Shown in pieces: positions 1-6,473 of a DNA stretch of 32,000 bases. Made by a program: the position numbers and the translations under genes. The notes beneath the pieces were generated by a model that saw only the letters and a list, made by a program, of their open reading frames with translations, searched no databases and had not been told where the DNA came from. The stretch spans positions 240,001 through 272,000 of the forward strand of contig NC_014833.1 of assembly GCF_000179635.2 (NCBI RefSeq), given 5' to 3'. Position 1 is the stretch's first letter; each line of letters opens with the position of its first letter. The stretch is from Ruminococcus albus 7 = DSM 20455. Lineage in GTDB: Bacteria; Bacillota; Clostridia; Oscillospirales; Ruminococcaceae.

Positions 1-401
1 TTCCAGCCGTCCTTTGCAAGATAATCATCAAGGGGAGCTGCAACGCCGGGCTTAACATAGTCGGTCAGCTGAGGTCCGGGGCTTACGATGAATACATCGG
101 GAGTCTCTTTTGCTGCAACTTTAGCATTGAGGTTGTTGTAGTATTCTTCGAGGTTTGTTGTTATAGGTGTTACGTGGTACTTACCCTTGTAATCATTGTT
201 GAATCTCTCGATAGTTTCCTTATAGCCGAGAGAGATCAGATCCTCGGTAGCGTTGAGGTCATCCCAGAACATCCATGTGATCTCCTGTGAGCCGTCAGCG
301 TTTTTCTTCTTTTTAGAACCGCTTGCGTCGCCGCAGCTTGCAAGCGTAGTTGCCAGCATTGCTGCTGATACTAGTGTTGCTAAGATCTTTCTTTTTTTCA
401 T
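1..401 (-). CDS. ABC transporter extracellular solute-binding lipoprotein (sugar type), N-terminal part; the gene continues past the window start
   Basis: The reverse strand from ATG at 401 (SD ccaggagg, 8-nt spacer) reads MKKRKILATLVSAAMLATTLASCGDASGSKKKKNADGSQEITWMFWDD...PDVFIVSPGPQL. This is a lipoprotein signal peptide with lipobox LASC followed by family-1 SBP-like sequence. It is absent from the ORF track because it runs off the window edge. Confidence 0.8.
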   Translation of the reverse strand, partial: MKKRKILATLVSAAMLATTLASCGDASGSKKKKNADGSQEITWMFWDDLNATEDLISLGYKETIERFNNDYKGKYHVTPITTNLEEYYNNLNAKVAAKETPDVFIVSPGPQLTDYVKPGVAAPLDDYLAKDGW

Positions 402-488
402 TGTTAATACCTCCTGGTCATATGCCGCACTACATAATTTATACGGTTTTACCGATTTTTGATACTCACCATATCGGTGACTTCGTAA

Positions 489-517
489 ATTTTACCATAA
501 TATTAACCCATTGTCAA
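489..517 (-). promoter_or_regulatory. sigma-A type promoter for the solute-binding protein gene
   Basis: The minus strand reads TTGACA (517-512), a 17-nt spacer, then TAAAAT (494-489), preceded by TGg (extended -10). Confidence 0.6.
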
Positions 518-624
518 TAGAATATAAGTAATAATGGCAAAAATAGATAAGGAACCCTAACAATTGTAGCAATAAATGGTTAGTTGATATTCCCTCTATC
601 AAAGCTTACAGATACTGGATGTTT

Positions 625-650
625 TTATCTCTAAATTAATGCCTGTGAAT
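625..650. repeat. 26-nt motif, copy 1 (ttatctctaaattaatgcctgtgaat)
   Basis: It matches the 831-856 copy at 20 of 26 positions without gaps. Both copies lie downstream of a shared aaagcttac[a/g]gat box (601-613 and 730-742). Confidence 0.4.
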
Positions 651-830
651 TATATAATATGCATCTATACAGAAGCGTTCAAAAGACCTGAGGTATAGAA
701 AGTGCACATGGTTTACTTGCTGTAGGTTGAAAGCTTACGGATGATCAGCAGATGCAGGATATGATTAATTAGTTGCTGATATAGCACTAATATCCGAATT
801 AATTTAATTGTACTAAAAAATATATATGAT

Positions 831-856
831 TTATCTTTAAACTAAACGCCGTGAAT
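831..856. repeat. 26-nt motif, copy 2 (ttatctttaaactaaacgccgtgaat)
   Basis: It matches the 625-650 copy at 20 of 26 positions. It sits inside a 12-bp-stem hairpin at 836-868 (tttaaactaaac / gtttagtttaaa) whose loop is the conserved gccgtgaat. Confidence 0.4.
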
Positions 857-996
857 GTTTAGTTTAAACAGACCCGAAGGGTATCTGATGTCCTAGTCTT
901 GTTATAAAAATAAGTCATGTTAAAGATAATATTTCGCCGTACTTTCCAAGCCGACAGACCACATTTTTCTTTTTTACACAGATGTATTTTCTGCCA

Positions 997-1044
997 GAAA
1001 AAAGCATATCATCACGATCATATCCGGTGTGGTTGTGATGATAT
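997..1044 (-). terminator. orphan intrinsic-terminator-like hairpin in an ORF-free region
   Basis: The minus strand has a 10-bp stem (atatcatcac ... gtgatgatat) followed by gcTTTTTTctgg. No annotated minus-strand gene lies upstream of it. Confidence 0.4.
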
Positions 1045-1490
1045 CTCTTAATTATTATTGCTATGGCATTTTACAGTTTACTCGAAATTACGTCTATTAT
1101 TTTAAGAATACATTACTGAACTGTAGATTAAAATTAATTGCATTATGTCTATACTTTGGTAAATTATTTACCGCGCGGGACTGTTAAGTTTTTATCTCAC
1201 AGAAGGATATTTTATCTGAGGGTAAATTTTAATATATATGGTATAAAGAGCTTCAGACTGAGATCCGCGGTGATCTACTTGCTTTTCTTCAAGAAAAACT
1301 TTCTCATATATATGGAACAGTCAGACTCTTCGTTATTTTAAACGATGCTTGTGTATTCTTTATGATCCTTTCGCTGATAAATAAGATCGGCAAACTTTGG
1401 TGAAAAAATTAAATTCCTATGCCGAATGAATAAACTTCCAATATCTGCGTAAACTATTCCCACAAAAAATCTATTTAACGGAGGAAACGG

Positions 1491-2030
1491 ATGAAAGCAA
1501 CAGGAATAGTAAGACGCATAGATGACCTTGGCAGGGTAGTCATACCGAAAGAAATACGCAGGACTATGAGGATTCGTGAAGGCGACCCCCTAGAGATCTA
1601 CACCAACCCCGACGGCGAAGTAATATTCAAAAAGTATTCCCCGATAAATGAGCTTTCCGATGGCGCTTTGCAGGCGGCGGAGGTCATATCAAAGCTGGGC
1701 GGTGCGCCTGCGGTGATCTTTGATAAGGATCATGTGGTGGCAGTGTCGGGTGTTCCGAAAAAGGAGTACTCGCAGCGCAGGCTGACCCAAGCGCTGGAAA
1801 ATATGATGGAGAACCGTTGCAGTTATGAGTACCGCAGCGGATCGGCGGAATTTCATCCCGTGGAGGGCATTGATACCCACGCACTGGCAGTTGCGCCGAT
1901 AATATCGGGGGGAGATATCACAGGCGCTGTGGCGTTTCTCGGTGGGGACGATGACCGCCATGTTACCGATGATCAGGCGATGCTTTGCAAGGCGGCGGCT
2001 ATGTTTCTCGGCAAACAGATCGAACAATGA
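1491..2030 (+). CDS. spoVT: stage V sporulation protein T (AbrB-family transcriptional regulator with C-terminal GAF-like domain)
   Basis: MKATGIVRRIDDLGRVVIPKEIRRTMRIREGDPLEIY is the SpoVT/AbrB swapped-hairpin DNA-binding domain. The 179-aa length fits SpoVT rather than the roughly 95-aa AbrB. SD ggagg lies 6 nt upstream of the ATG. Confidence 0.9.
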   Translation: MKATGIVRRIDDLGRVVIPKEIRRTMRIREGDPLEIYTNPDGEVIFKKYSPINELSDGALQAAEVISKLGGAPAVIFDKDHVVAVSGVPKKEYSQRRLTQALENMMENRCSYEYRSGSAEFHPVEGIDTHALAVAPIISGGDITGAVAFLGGDDDRHVTDDQAMLCKAAAMFLGKQIEQ

Positions 2031-2031
2031 C

Positions 2032-2064
2032 AAAAGGCAGCACTGCTTGGTGCTGCCTTTTGCT
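2032..2064. terminator. bidirectional intrinsic terminator between convergent spoVT and trmO
   Basis: The stem aaaaggcagcac / gtgctgcctttt has loop tgcttg and is flanked by an A-run and a T-run. Confidence 0.8.
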
Positions 2065-2076
2065 GTGTATGGAATA

Positions 2077-2748
2077 TCACGTTTCTTCGACTTCGATCAC
2101 TTCAAGCCTGTCACCCGATACCCTAAACCGAACATCGAGTCCCGCATACCCGAAACCGTATACCCTCTCCGGGTCGTTCTGATAAGCGGGGCGAGGGTCC
2201 TGAGCCAGAAGTGCTTTCAACGCTGTCCGCTTGCTTTCGGGTACTTTCTCCAAAAGTTCGGCAGGGAAGTCTACTTTTACCGAATAACCAGCCTTTTCCG
2301 CCGCAAAACCGCCTGTAGCTTCGGGGCGGCAGTCAGCAAGGGGGAGATATGGCTTGATATCCAGTATCGGCGTGCCGTCCATCAGATCGGCTCCGCCTAC
2401 CCTCAGGGCAAGCCCTTGATCTGCTGTTTTTTCAACTCCGAGAAGTTTCACGCATGAAAGTCCGATGGGGTTCGGGCGGAAAGGTGATCGTGTAGCAAAT
2501 ACGCCCATTCGCTTGTTTCCCCCCAATCTCGGCGGACGTACCGTAGGCGACCAGCTGTCACGCTTTGCCTCGGAAAATTCCCATATCAGCCACAGGTGCG
2601 AGAATCCCTCTATCCCCCGAAGTGCTTCGGGTTCTCGGTATTTCGGCTCAAATACCACCAGACCTTCCAGTTCCTCAACCAGTCCGCTCTGCCGCGGCAA
2701 CCCGAATTTTGTGGGCAGGTCGGTGTGTATCCTTGCGATTATCTCCAT
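2077..2748 (-). CDS. trmO: tRNA (N6-threonylcarbamoyladenosine(37)-N6)-methyltransferase TrmO/TsaA family
   Basis: MEIIARIHTDLPTKFGLPRQSGL...GFSHLWLIWEFS...VRPPRLGGNKRMGVFATRSPFRPNPIGLS matches the YaeB/TrmO signature. The start is set at ATG 2748 (SD aggagg upstream) rather than the ORF-track start at 2802. Confidence 0.85.
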   Translation of the reverse strand: MEIIARIHTDLPTKFGLPRQSGLVEELEGLVVFEPKYREPEALRGIEGFSHLWLIWEFSEAKRDSWSPTVRPPRLGGNKRMGVFATRSPFRPNPIGLSCVKLLGVEKTADQGLALRVGGADLMDGTPILDIKPYLPLADCRPEATGGFAAEKAGYSVKVDFPAELLEKVPESKRTALKALLAQDPRPAYQNDPERVYGFGYAGLDVRFRVSGDRLEVIEVEET

Positions 2749-2823
2749 GTGAAGCCCTCCTGTAGCATTAGTTGGTAGTTTAACACCATCACTTCGCAAC
2801 AATATTTTTTGAAAACAAAAAGA

Positions 2824-3183
2824 TCAACTGTTATCGCCTAATAAATCTATTTCACTCTCATTCAATTCCTTAACCATTTTGATAAAATCGTTATATTCAT
2901 CACCATTTAAATAATTAAAGGATTGATTGGATTGAATTATCTTATTTGTAAGACTTTTTATTCTATCTATGGCATATGTCGGCAGTCCTCCCGCCTTTTT
3001 CCACATCGCATGATAAAAAATTATTTCTGCAATAATCAGTTGTTCAGTATCTGCAACTCCTAAAACTTCTTCCGAGTACATTCTTGCAATATTAGCTTTA
3101 TCTATAGGGTATCTTGTAAAATAATGTTCAATTGAATCAATCGTAGTTTGTTTTTCTTCAAAATAGTTGTTATCTATGTACAT
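2824..3183 (-). CDS. hypothetical small acidic protein (119 aa), AT-rich orphan gene
   Basis: It is an intact ORF with a weak SD (taggga) and its own consensus promoter. By eye its GC content is far below the flanking genes. I recognise no family; it is helical and acidic, resembling small immunity-type proteins only in general character. Confidence 0.6.
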   Translation of the reverse strand: MYIDNNYFEEKQTTIDSIEHYFTRYPIDKANIARMYSEEVLGVADTEQLIIAEIIFYHAMWKKAGGLPTYAIDRIKSLTNKIIQSNQSFNYLNGDEYNDFIKMVKELNESEIDLLGDNS

Positions 3184-3282
3184 ATTAATCCCTAACTTCG
3201 TAATTCGTATATTATTATTATGAATTATTTCAATGTTTGGGTGACGTTCAACGAATTGTGCTTAGCTGAACCTATCAATTTG

Positions 3283-3311
3283 ATTATACCACAACGCGGA
3301 GCTTTCGTCAA
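3283..3311 (-). promoter_or_regulatory. near-consensus sigma-A promoter for the 119-aa orphan gene
   Basis: The minus strand reads TTGACG (3311-3306, overlapping the aroF stop codon), a 17-nt spacer, then TATAAT (3288-3283), preceded by TGg. Confidence 0.65.
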
Positions 3312-4327
3312 TCAGCGTCAACAGGTCTTCCGCAGAATTCAGCCATAGCGCGTATTTTATTCATTACCGCCTTGAATTTTTCGGGGGTCAGGGACTGTGC
3401 GCCATCGCTCCATGCGTGTTCGGGGTCGATGTGTACCTCTATTTCCAGTGCGTGACAGCCCATTGCCACCGCGCCGAGAGAACAGGGCTCTACCAGTGAA
3501 GCGATACCTGTCGCATGGCTGGGGTCAACGGTAACAGGCAGATGTGTCTTCTGTTTCAGCAGAGGTACACTTGCAAGGTCGAGGGTGTTGCGGGTGGCGG
3601 TCTCATAGGTGCGTATGCCGCGCTCGCAGAGTATCACCTGACTGTTGCCCTCGCTCATGATGTACTCAGCCGACATCAGCAGTTCCTGCAAAGTACCGGA
3701 AAGACCACGTTTCAGCAGTATAGGCTTGTTCAGCCTGCCGAGGGCTTTCAGCAGGGTGAAGTTCTGTGAATTTCTCGCACCCACCTGAATGATATCAACA
3801 TCGTCGAAAAGGTCGATATCGCTGACGTCCATTATCTCGGTGACAATGGGCAGACCTGTCTCAGCTCTTGCTTTTTTCAGGATATCAATGCCCTCCTTGC
3901 CAAGACCCTGGAAAGCGTAAGGCGAAGTTCTCGGCTTGAATGCGCCGCCGCGAAGCATTGTGGCACCTGCTTCCTTGACGGCAATAGCGGTCTTGATAGT
4001 CTGTTCCTCGGTCTCAACCGAGCAGGGACCCGCAATTACCTGCAAGCGGTCGCCGCCCAGCTTTCTGCCGCGGACATCTATCACAGTGTCCAGCGGGTGG
4101 AAACGTCTGTTGGCGTTTTTGTAGGGTTCCTGCACACGCTTGACAGTGTCAACTATCTCCCTGGCCTGCACCGATTCGATATCCACCGCTGTTGTATCAC
4201 CGATAAGACCGATTATCTTCGAGTGTACGCCCTCTACAAGATTTGATTTCACATCGAACCTTGTGAGCCATTCCATAAGTTCCTCGATCTGCTTTTTGTT
4301 GGCGCTGTCTTTTAATACGATAACCAT
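3308..4327 (-). CDS. aroF: 3-deoxy-7-phosphoheptulonate (DAHP) synthase, type I-beta with an N-terminal ferredoxin-like regulatory domain
   Basis: ...[15 protein letters not shown]...[18 protein letters not shown]...[11 protein letters not shown]...KRG...DPSHATG is the KDO8PS-like DAHPS core. It is preceded by a domain of about 70 aa, as in Thermotoga-type enzymes. The start is set at ATG 4327 (SD aggagg, 7-nt spacer). The ORF-track extension to 4468 runs through a terminator hairpin. Confidence 0.9.
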   Translation of the reverse strand: MVIVLKDSANKKQIEELMEWLTRFDVKSNLVEGVHSKIIGLIGDTTAVDIESVQAREIVDTVKRVQEPYKNANRRFHPLDTVIDVRGRKLGGDRLQVIAGPCSVETEEQTIKTAIAVKEAGATMLRGGAFKPRTSPYAFQGLGKEGIDILKKARAETGLPIVTEIMDVSDIDLFDDVDIIQVGARNSQNFTLLKALGRLNKPILLKRGLSGTLQELLMSAEYIMSEGNSQVILCERGIRTYETATRNTLDLASVPLLKQKTHLPVTVDPSHATGIASLVEPCSLGAVAMGCHALEIEVHIDPEHAWSDGAQSLTPEKFKAVMNKIRAMAEFCGRPVDAD

Positions 4328-4386
4328 AATGATTCCTCCTGTAAATAAATAGAAATAATTAGAATATATTGTCAGAAAATCTGCAT

Positions 4387-4422
4387 CAAAAAAACCGTGC
4401 TCTCGTAATACGAAAGCACGGT
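4387..4422 (-). terminator. intrinsic terminator inside the aroF leader (candidate attenuator)
   Basis: The minus strand has a 13-bp stem (accgtgctttcgt att acgagagcacggt) followed by TTTTTTT, about 60 nt upstream of the aroF ATG. Confidence 0.75.
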
Positions 4423-4445
4423 CTGTGACCTGAATGGATATATTG

Positions 4446-4571
4446 TCAGCCCATATCCGGCTGTACACCCGTCCGCATAGCTTTCATACCACGACAAATA
4501 AGCTTGTAGCCAAAAAATCGGCTAAAGCTAAAGAAGTATGTAAAGACAGCGAATACGGTGATAAGCTTCAT
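4446..4571 (-). CDS. candidate leader peptide, 41 aa, Phe/Tyr-rich (MKLITVFAVFTYFFSFSRFFGYKLICRGMKAMRTGVQPDMG)
   Basis: I translated this by hand from the minus strand. ATG is at 4571, TGA at 4448-4446, and SD agaaagg lies 10 nt upstream. Residues 7-22 contain 7 Phe and 2 Tyr. It lies between a consensus promoter and the terminator that precedes DAHP synthase. It is too short for the supplied ORF track. Confidence 0.5.
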   Translation of the reverse strand: MKLITVFAVFTYFFSFSRFFGYKLICRGMKAMRTGVQPDMG

Positions 4572-4613
4572 TACGGGTCAACCTTTCTGTTTACTGATCA
4601 AGATTATAGAAAC

Positions 4614-4642
4614 ATTATACTTCATCAAATTAGGAATGTCAA
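4614..4642 (-). promoter_or_regulatory. consensus sigma-A promoter of the aroF leader
   Basis: The minus strand reads TTGACA (4642-4637), a 17-nt spacer, then TATAAT (4619-4614). Confidence 0.7.
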
Positions 4643-4675
4643 GGATAAAGAAAGCTTGTTTACACAAAATTAATA

Positions 4676-5191
4676 TTATTGCCTGTCAAAGTAAGCCTTT
4701 CCTTTATCGGGCTTGAAATAAGTTCGCAGATATCCGTCCTTGGAAACTATTACAAATTCGTTTGTTTCCTCGAGGTAATAGGCATCGTCGCCGTCCTCTT
4801 TTTCGGTTTTGTGCAGGGCGGAAGGGTCATTGACAACGTCCGAAGCCGCCTTGCGGTAGTCATCGGCGCTTGCAAATCCCATTTCTATCCCATGTTTTTC
4901 GTAGTGCTGGTCACGAAGTTTTTTTGTCCTGAACCAATACTCTGTGTATTCATCGTCCTCGGGATCCTCGCTGTCGGCAGGGATATCACTCTGAGGTTCG
5001 CTTGATATTTCAGATGAACTATCCTCTGCAGTTATTGGGTCTGCTGATGTATTATCAGTTGATGCTGAACTGCTATCCTCGATTATCAGATCATAGAGAG
5101 AATCACTGCTTTTATTTTTCTGACCGCTGCAGCCCGTCAGTGTGAAAAGCACTGCTATAATAGTAAGCAGGCTGAATATCTTTAGTTTCAT
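4676..5191 (-). CDS. secreted lipoprotein of unknown function (171 aa)
   Basis: MKLKIFSLLTIIAVLFTLTGCSGQ is a signal peptide with lipobox LTGC. A Ser/Asp/Glu-rich linker and a C-terminal globular domain of about 95 aa follow. The start is set at ATG 5191 (SD gggagg). The ORF-track extension to 5257 overlaps a promoter and a terminator. Confidence 0.75.
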   Translation of the reverse strand: MKLKIFSLLTIIAVLFTLTGCSGQKNKSSDSLYDLIIEDSSSASTDNTSADPITAEDSSSEISSEPQSDIPADSEDPEDDEYTEYWFRTKKLRDQHYEKHGIEMGFASADDYRKAASDVVNDPSALHKTEKEDGDDAYYLEETNEFVIVSKDGYLRTYFKPDKGKAYFDRQ

Positions 5192-5210
5192 AGCTGCACC
5201 TCCCAATAAG

Positions 5211-5239
5211 ATTATACAACAACTTGTCAATAAAGTCAA
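5211..5239 (-). promoter_or_regulatory. sigma-A promoter of the lipoprotein gene
   Basis: The minus strand reads TTGACT (5239-5234), a 17-nt spacer, then TATAAT (5216-5211). Confidence 0.6.
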
Positions 5240-5240
5240 C

Positions 5241-5270
5241 AAAAACGGCAGAGTCAAATGACTCTGCCGT
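5241..5270 (-). terminator. intrinsic terminator of the surface-protein gene
   Basis: The minus strand has an 11-bp stem (acggcagagtc attt gactctgccgt) followed by TTTTT. Confidence 0.8.
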
Positions 5271-5306
5271 AATAAGCGTTATTTAATTGACTTATCGTCG
5301 TTTAAA

Positions 5307-6164
5307 TTACTTTCTCTTCTTGGAGATAACTACCAGAGCAGCAGCAGAAGCAGCCAGAGCTACAGCAGCTGTAGTAGCAGCACCAGTGTTGGTGTTGGAA
5401 GTAGTGCCGTTTGTGTTGCTCTTAGAAGAAGTGTTAGTAGTAGCCTTAGAAGAAGAAGACTCGCTTGTAGATGTGCTCTCGGAAGAAGACTCGCTTGTAG
5501 ATGTGCTCTCGGAAGAAGACTCGGACTCAGACTCAGACTCGGACTCAGACTCGGAAGCATCAGCAGAAACAGTTACAGAAGCAGGAACTGTTGTCCAATC
5601 AGCGTACCCGTCTACGTCATAGTTAGCGATACCACCAGCAGTGATCTTAGCAGTAGAAGTAGAGATGTTGATAGCAGTACCATCCTCAGCATCGTCAGCA
5701 GCCTTAACTGTCAGAGTACCGATAACCAGCTTGTTAGGAACAATACCATCAGCGTCCTCGAAGGTCTGATCGTAAGCCATTACCTGATATTCCTCGTTAT
5801 CAACGAACTGCTCCTTCTCTGCATCGGTCATCTTGCCCTTGTAGCCCCAGTAATCGAAAGCCAGACCAGCGGTAGTGCTCTTCAGGTTGTCCTCGTTGAA
5901 AACGAAGTTAACGATCTCACCGTTCTCAGCAGTAAAAGCGAACTGCTGAGTGCAGAGCTTAACGTCAGCAGAGACAGCTACATCGAAAGTAACTTCCTTG
6001 CCTGCAGCTACCTTCTCAGCAGAAGGTATAAACTCCAGAGTAGCAGTAGCGCCTGCAGGATTATTGTTGTTTTCGTTGTTCTCGTTGTTCTCAGCGAATA
6101 CAGAAGGTGCAACAGCTGCCATCATTGCAGCGGATGTGAGAAGTGCAAATAACTTCTTGTTCAT
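5307..6164 (-). CDS. cell-surface protein: signal peptide, single cohesin-like beta-sandwich domain, Ser/Thr/Glu repeat linker and C-terminal wall-sorting-type signal (ScaE-like architecture)
   Basis: MNKKLFALLTSAAMMAAVAPSVFA is a signal peptide. ATLEFIPSAEKVAAGKEVTFDVAVSADVKLCTQQFAFT... has a cohesin-like strand pattern. SESESE and SSESTSTSE repeats follow. The C-terminus is NTNTG-AATTAAVALAASAAALVVIS-KKRK: a motif, a hydrophobic stretch and a basic tail. SD gggagg lies upstream. Confidence 0.6.
   Translation of the reverse strand: MNKKLFALLTSAAMMAAVAPSVFAENNENNENNNNPAGATATLEFIPSAEKVAAGKEVTFDVAVSADVKLCTQQFAFTAENGEIVNFVFNEDNLKSTTAGLAFDYWGYKGKMTDAEKEQFVDNEEYQVMAYDQTFEDADGIVPNKLVIGTLTVKAADDAEDGTAINISTSTAKITAGGIANYDVDGYADWTTVPASVTVSADASESESESESESESSSESTSTSESSSESTSTSESSSSKATTNTSSKSNTNGTTSNTNTGAATTAAVALAASAAALVVISKKRK
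5454..5556. repeat. in-frame coding tandem repeats (2 x 30 bp, then about 7 x 6 bp)
   Basis: gaagaagactcgcttgtagatgtgctctcg occurs twice in tandem and is followed by gactc[ag] hexamer repeats. These encode the SSESTSTSE and SE repeats of the surface-protein linker. Confidence 0.9.
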
Positions 6165-6444
6165 AAAAAATTCCTCCCAAAATTATTATTTTGAATTTCT
6201 ATTGTTTAATCATACCCATTTCTCCGCAAACACCGCACAGATAAAGCTTGTCCCATGAGAGCAAAGTATGGCTATATAATTAACTCGGTATATTAAATTA
6301 TAATACAAATATAGATACCATTGTTGAATATTTTGTTAACATTATATTAACTTTTATTCGTACAGATTTTTTCAGCAGCTGCTTCAATGGTATTTACAGC
6401 GTATTATATCCCGAACAAGACGTCTCATGTTCGGATTTGTCCAC

Positions 6445-6473
6445 ATTATATCACACTTTAGATTATATGTCAA
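6445..6473 (-). promoter_or_regulatory. consensus sigma-A promoter about 270 nt upstream of the surface-protein gene
   Basis: The minus strand reads TTGACA (6473-6468), a 17-nt spacer, then TATAAT (6450-6445), preceded by TGa. Confidence 0.5.

Noticed and set aside
1138-1341. A 67-aa ORF, and a 49-codon Cys/His-containing ORF at about 917-1066, in the ORF-free region
   Set aside because: Neither has an SD. The codon composition is that of AT-rich non-coding DNA, and the second ORF runs through the 1006-1044 hairpin.
1390-1480. A possible forespore sigma-G/F type promoter upstream of spoVT (gaata-N18-taaacta)
   Set aside because: The match to my recollection of the consensus is weak, with several mismatches in the -10 region. 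I cannot support it without a position weight matrix scan.
1684-2457. ORFs overlapping spoVT and trmO (1689-2033 -, 1942-2457 +)
   Set aside because: They overlap strongly supported genes on the opposite strand or in another frame and run through the bidirectional terminator at 2032-2064.
4328-4468. N-terminal extension of the DAHP synthase ORF to 4468, and likewise of the lipoprotein ORF to 5257 and the glgA ORF to 20048
   Set aside because: The extensions run through a terminator hairpin (4387-4422), or through a promoter plus terminator (5211-5270), and they lack an SD. In each case the internal ATG has a strong SD and gives the expected N-terminus.
5454-5556. Short tandem repeats considered as a possible CRISPR or minisatellite locus
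   Set aside because: The repeats are contiguous with no unique spacers. They are in frame within a coding region and encode a Ser/Glu/Thr linker. There are no cas genes in the window.
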